From: Pedosphaera sp.
GTDB taxonomy: Bacteria; Verrucomicrobiota; Verrucomicrobiia; Limisphaerales; SIBH01
Length of the DNA stretch: 18,763 bases
Direction of reading: 5' to 3'
NCBI GenBank assembly: GCA_031414955.1
Contig: JANOQV010000273.1
Span: 1 to 18,763 of the forward strand
This document shows, piece by piece, positions 15,399-18,763 of the stretch (its first letter is position 1; every line of letters starts with the position of its first letter). Made by a program: the position numbers and the translations under genes. The notes below the pieces were generated by a model, which was not told the DNA's origin, made no database searches, and saw only the letters and a list, made by a program, of their open reading frames with translations.

Positions 15399-17258
15399 TC
15401 AGCGCGACTCCTCGACCGTCAGCATTGTATCCACCTTCTCCGGCGTGAGGGTCTGCTTCTGTCCGCTGGGCCAGGTGATTTCGAGCGAGTCCACTTTCGT
15501 GGCGGTGCCGAGGCCGAACGTGACCGGCAGTTCGGAGGCCGCGAGATAACTTCGCGCTGGGTTCACCTCGCGCAGGAGAGTCTGGCCGCCGACTTTCGCG
15601 GTCAGCTTCGCCCCAATGGCGCTGCGGTTGGATTTCGTGCCGACAAGCTTCACCCGCAGCCAGTGATGCTGGAGCTGCTGATCGTTGCGGAGGAGCAGGG
15701 GAGCGCCTCCCGTTTGCGTGAGCACCACATCGAGATCGCCGTCACCATCAAGGTCGGCGAAAGCGGAGGCCCGGCCCACCAGCGGCTTAAACAAATCTGC
15801 GCCCGCGTGCGCAGCATCGACCACGGCAAAACTCGCACCGCTCTTCGCGCCCGTGTTCCAGAAAAGCTGCGCGGGCTGGCGGTAGCTCTGGCTCTTTTGC
15901 AGCTTCACGATTTCCTCGTCGAGATGGCCATTCGCCGAGAGCACGTCGAGGCGTCCGTCGAGATCGTAGTCGAAGAAAAAAACGCCAAACTTCAGCAGCA
16001 GCCGGCTGGCGGGACCGATGCCCTCGGGAATGGCCTCGTCGGTGAAGCTCATGCCGCCGGGCTGCGAGACGTAGAGCGCGGTCATCTCGTTGGCGAAGTT
16101 GCCGATGGTGATGCCAAGCGCGGCGTCGTTGCGATAGTGCGCCGCGTCGATGCCCATAGCGCCCCGCGCATTGCCGTAGCTGTCAAAGGCCACGCCCGCG
16201 CTCGCGCCAATTTCCTTGAAGGTGCCGTTCTTCTGATTGTGGAGGACGAAGTTTGCCGTGGTGTCGTTGGCGACGACGAGATCCATGAAACCATCGCCAT
16301 CCAAATCCACCGGCACCACGCCGAGGGTCTTGGCGGCGGGCACGCCCGTGGAGGCGTTCTTGATCTGCACGCCGGCTTGCGCCGAAACGTCGGTGAACTT
16401 CCCATGGCCGTCGTTGTGATAGAGCGTGGGGAAGGTGCCGCCGAAGTTCATCGGCTGGCCGTAGGCGCGGGTCTTGCCATCAATCTTGTAGCCGACCTCC
16501 GCATCAATCTCGCGCGACCACTTCACGTAATGGCCCACGAACAGATCGAGCTGGCCATCGTTGTCGTAGTCGAAGAAGCACGCGGCCGTGCTCCACTCCT
16601 TCGCATCGCCGCCCACGCCGGAGCTGGTGGTCACGTTCTGAAATTTTCCGCCGCCGAGATTTTTGAAGAGGTGGTTATCAGAGACGCTAGTGACGTAAAG
16701 GTCGGGCAGGCCGTCGTTGTCGAAATCGCCCACGGCCACGCCCATGCCCAGCAGGCTCACGTCGAGGCCGGAGTCGCGCGTCACATCGGTGAACTTGCCG
16801 GTGCCGTCGTTGGCGTAGAGCCGCAGCGTCGGCATCGCGCCGCCCCACGGGGTGCCCGGCCACGGCCGGCCATTGATGAACAGCAAATCCTGATCGCCGT
16901 CGTGGTCGAAATCGAAGAAGGCCACGCCCGCACCCATCGTCTCAGGCAGCAGCTTCTCCGGTGACGCGCCGTTGAAGTGCGTGAAGTTGATTCCAGCGGT
17001 GGCGGTGATGTCGGTGAATTTCACCGTGGGAATTTCCGCCGCCTGGCTCGCCGCCGCCGTGGGCGCGCTGAGCTGCGTGACCTGGGGCGTGGCCTTCGGC
17101 TTGGTGCGCCTGGCGTAAAGAATTCCGCCCAGCATGGCCACCGCGAGGACGACGAGCACCACCGCTGACCACGAGAACGCCCGGCCGACAACTTTGTCGT
17201 CGAGATGCGTGGTTTCCTCCTCCGGTCCGGGATTCTGTTCTTTTGGGTCAGTGTTCAT
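15399..17258 (-). CDS. CRTAC1-family protein (FG-GAP/VCBS repeats plus ASPIC/UnbV domain), N-terminal membrane anchor
   Basis: Repeats DFDHDGDQDL, DFDNDGLPDL, DYDNDGQLDL, DLDGDGFMDL, DYDLDGRLD and DLDGDGDLD. PETMGAG start motif; C-terminal NRSAIGA..SYLAASE..FGLG..ITWPSG. Confidence 0.93.
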   Translation of the reverse strand: MNTDPKEQNPGPEEETTHLDDKVVGRAFSWSAVVLVVLAVAMLGGILYARRTKPKATPQVTQLSAPTAAASQAAEIPTVKFTDITATAGINFTHFNGASPEKLLPETMGAGVAFFDFDHDGDQDLLFINGRPWPGTPWGGAMPTLRLYANDGTGKFTDVTRDSGLDVSLLGMGVAVGDFDNDGLPDLYVTSVSDNHLFKNLGGGKFQNVTTSSGVGGDAKEWSTAACFFDYDNDGQLDLFVGHYVKWSREIDAEVGYKIDGKTRAYGQPMNFGGTFPTLYHNDGHGKFTDVSAQAGVQIKNASTGVPAAKTLGVVPVDLDGDGFMDLVVANDTTANFVLHNQKNGTFKEIGASAGVAFDSYGNARGAMGIDAAHYRNDAALGITIGNFANEMTALYVSQPGGMSFTDEAIPEGIGPASRLLLKFGVFFFDYDLDGRLDVLSANGHLDEEIVKLQKSQSYRQPAQLFWNTGAKSGASFAVVDAAHAGADLFKPLVGRASAFADLDGDGDLDVVLTQTGGAPLLLRNDQQLQHHWLRVKLVGTKSNRSAIGAKLTAKVGGQTLLREVNPARSYLAASELPVTFGLGTATKVDSLEITWPSGQKQTLTPEKVDTMLTVEESR

Positions 17259-17305
17259 GCGTTGTTGAATGTGCTGCGTCCGGGCCGTGCGTTGCTGCCC
17301 TGCTG

Positions 17306-18763
17306 CTATTTGGCGGCGCTGGGCCGGGACGCCGCCACGTCTTTCTTCGGTTCCAATTCCGGCGCGCCATTCCGCTGGAGCGGATAAATCACCGTCGCCT
17401 GCGCGGCGTGGTCGGCGGCGGGATCGCGACGGCGGGCGGCGGCCACGGCGCGGTCGCGGGCGTTGTCGTCGGGGCGGTAGCGCTCGTGGAGTTTGCGGTG
17501 CTGCGTGGCAAGCTCAGGCTGGCCGAGGCGTTCGTAGATGAGCGCGAGGTTGTAGTGCGCCGTCACGTTCTCGCTGTCGATTTCCAGCGTGCGTTTGAAG
17601 CGAGTGATGGCGTCCTGCAACCACTTCTTCTGGGCCGCTGCGTCGCCGCGCTCCTGCTTGGCCCGCTCGAAAAGGGTCTGGCCCAGTTCGTTGATCACCT
17701 CGTAGTCGAGGCTGAAATCGAAGCCGCGCCTGTCCAGTTCCTCATAGCGGTCTTCGAGGATGCTGGTGAACTCGGTGATGGCCTTGTCGAGGTAACCGTT
17801 CTGCTTGTTCACGAGGCCGTTGAACCACGCCACGGTCCAGCGCGGTGCGGGCGGGTTGAACTTCGCGGCCCGTTGCAGTGCGACCACGGCGTCGTCGAGC
17901 CGGCCTTCCTTGAAATAGACACGGGCCAGGTTCACCGGACCGTCGTAGCGGCCCAGCTTCTCGACCTGCTCGAAGGCTTCGGTGGCTTGGCGTAACTGCC
18001 CCTTCTCGCTGCCCTTGTCCGTGCCTTCGAGGAGCAGGCCGATGCCGTAATCATTCCAGCGCTGCCACTCGGGGACGGTTGAGAGTTGGGGGGGGGAGAG
18101 TTGAGAGTCGGAAACAGGGAACGTGATCGAGTCACCCGCGATGGTGGTGATGGGCAGCTCGTTGGTGAGCTGGAACGGCGCGCCATTCGAGTAGCCCTTC
18201 CCGAAGACGTAGTTCATGTAGATGGTGTCGAACTTCCGGTAGTTCAGCTTCGCCTCGAACGTCACGGCATCGCCCGCGTCGGCCGGCACGGTGAAGGTGT
18301 AGTGCGCGATCTGCGCCGCGCCGGGCGGAATCTGGTGGTTGTAGAGCGGCGTGAAAATGTCCTGCGGATTCCGGCGGTCGATGCGGTTGCCGTCGCGGTC
18401 GAGCATGAAGACGTTCAGGAAGTGCGACCACGCATCGACCTCCTTGTGCCTGCCGAGACCGCCGCTCCGGCCGAGGATTTTGCCCGCGCCCGCCACCTTG
18501 GCATCCACCCAGACTTCGTTCGAGTCCACCGTGCCCTGGGTGAAAGGATGACCGACGCGGAGCGTGCGGAGCACCACTTCGATGAGATAAGTCTGACCAC
18601 GTTTGAGCACCGGCAGCGTCGGGCGCAGCGGGGCGAGGAGCTTGCCGTCAATCGTGCCGCCTTCGCGCACGCCGAAGATGTCCACGCGCAGGGAGCCTTT
18701 GAGGAACGCCTCCTGGGTTTTGATGACGGCGTCGAGTTCATTGCTGGAGGCGCTCGTGTAACT
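17306..18763 (-). CDS. C-terminal part of a large TPR protein (5' end outside the window); family often carries N-terminal multiheme cytochrome c and pairs with CRTAC1 genes
   Basis: Frame open to the window edge. Motifs VGHPFTQGTVDSNEVW, YNHQIPPGAA and WQRWNDYGIGLL, then TPRs (VNLARVYFKEGRLDDA, AHYNLALIYERLG). No CxxCH motif in the visible part. Confidence 0.85.
   Translation of the reverse strand, partial: SYTSASSNELDAVIKTQEAFLKGSLRVDIFGVREGGTIDGKLLAPLRPTLPVLKRGQTYLIEVVLRTLRVGHPFTQGTVDSNEVWVDAKVAGAGKILGRSGGLGRHKEVDAWSHFLNVFMLDRDGNRIDRRNPQDIFTPLYNHQIPPGAAQIAHYTFTVPADAGDAVTFEAKLNYRKFDTIYMNYVFGKGYSNGAPFQLTNELPITTIAGDSITFPVSDSQLSPPQLSTVPEWQRWNDYGIGLLLEGTDKGSEKGQLRQATEAFEQVEKLGRYDGPVNLARVYFKEGRLDDAVVALQRAAKFNPPAPRWTVAWFNGLVNKQNGYLDKAITEFTSILEDRYEELDRRGFDFSLDYEVINELGQTLFERAKQERGDAAAQKKWLQDAITRFKRTLEIDSENVTAHYNLALIYERLGQPELATQHRKLHERYRPDDNARDRAVAAARRRDPAADHAAQATVIYPLQRNGAPELEPKKDVAASRPSAAK

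Overview
GC-rich bacterial chromosomal window. REP style and protein C-termini suggest Verrucomicrobiota (inference). Most genes are on the minus strand: two exported hypothetical proteins, an MFS transporter, phosphatidylserine decarboxylase, SelO/YdiU, a purple-acid-phosphatase-type metallophosphoesterase with a TPR partner, tRNA-Thr(CGT), an EVE protein, a CRTAC1/ASPIC-UnbV protein and a partial TPR protein. A plus-strand accessory block (~6170-9460) sits between psd and selO. It starts with a truncated beta-class N6/N4 DNA methyltransferase whose catalytic DPPF reads APPF. This is followed by a visibly lower-GC, intact Type II R-M pair (DdeI/Bpu10I-like C5 methyltransferase plus Bpu10I-family endonuclease) and a 16-codon remnant resembling the C-terminal part of the disrupted gene. 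The block ends in an unexplained ~400-bp array with exact 21-bp periodicity, in which two conserved 9-mers (CAGTGTGGT and GTATGGAGC) alternate with 12-nt variable segments. Several REP/REPIN-like elements are scattered through the window, including in-frame inside the methyltransferase remnant.
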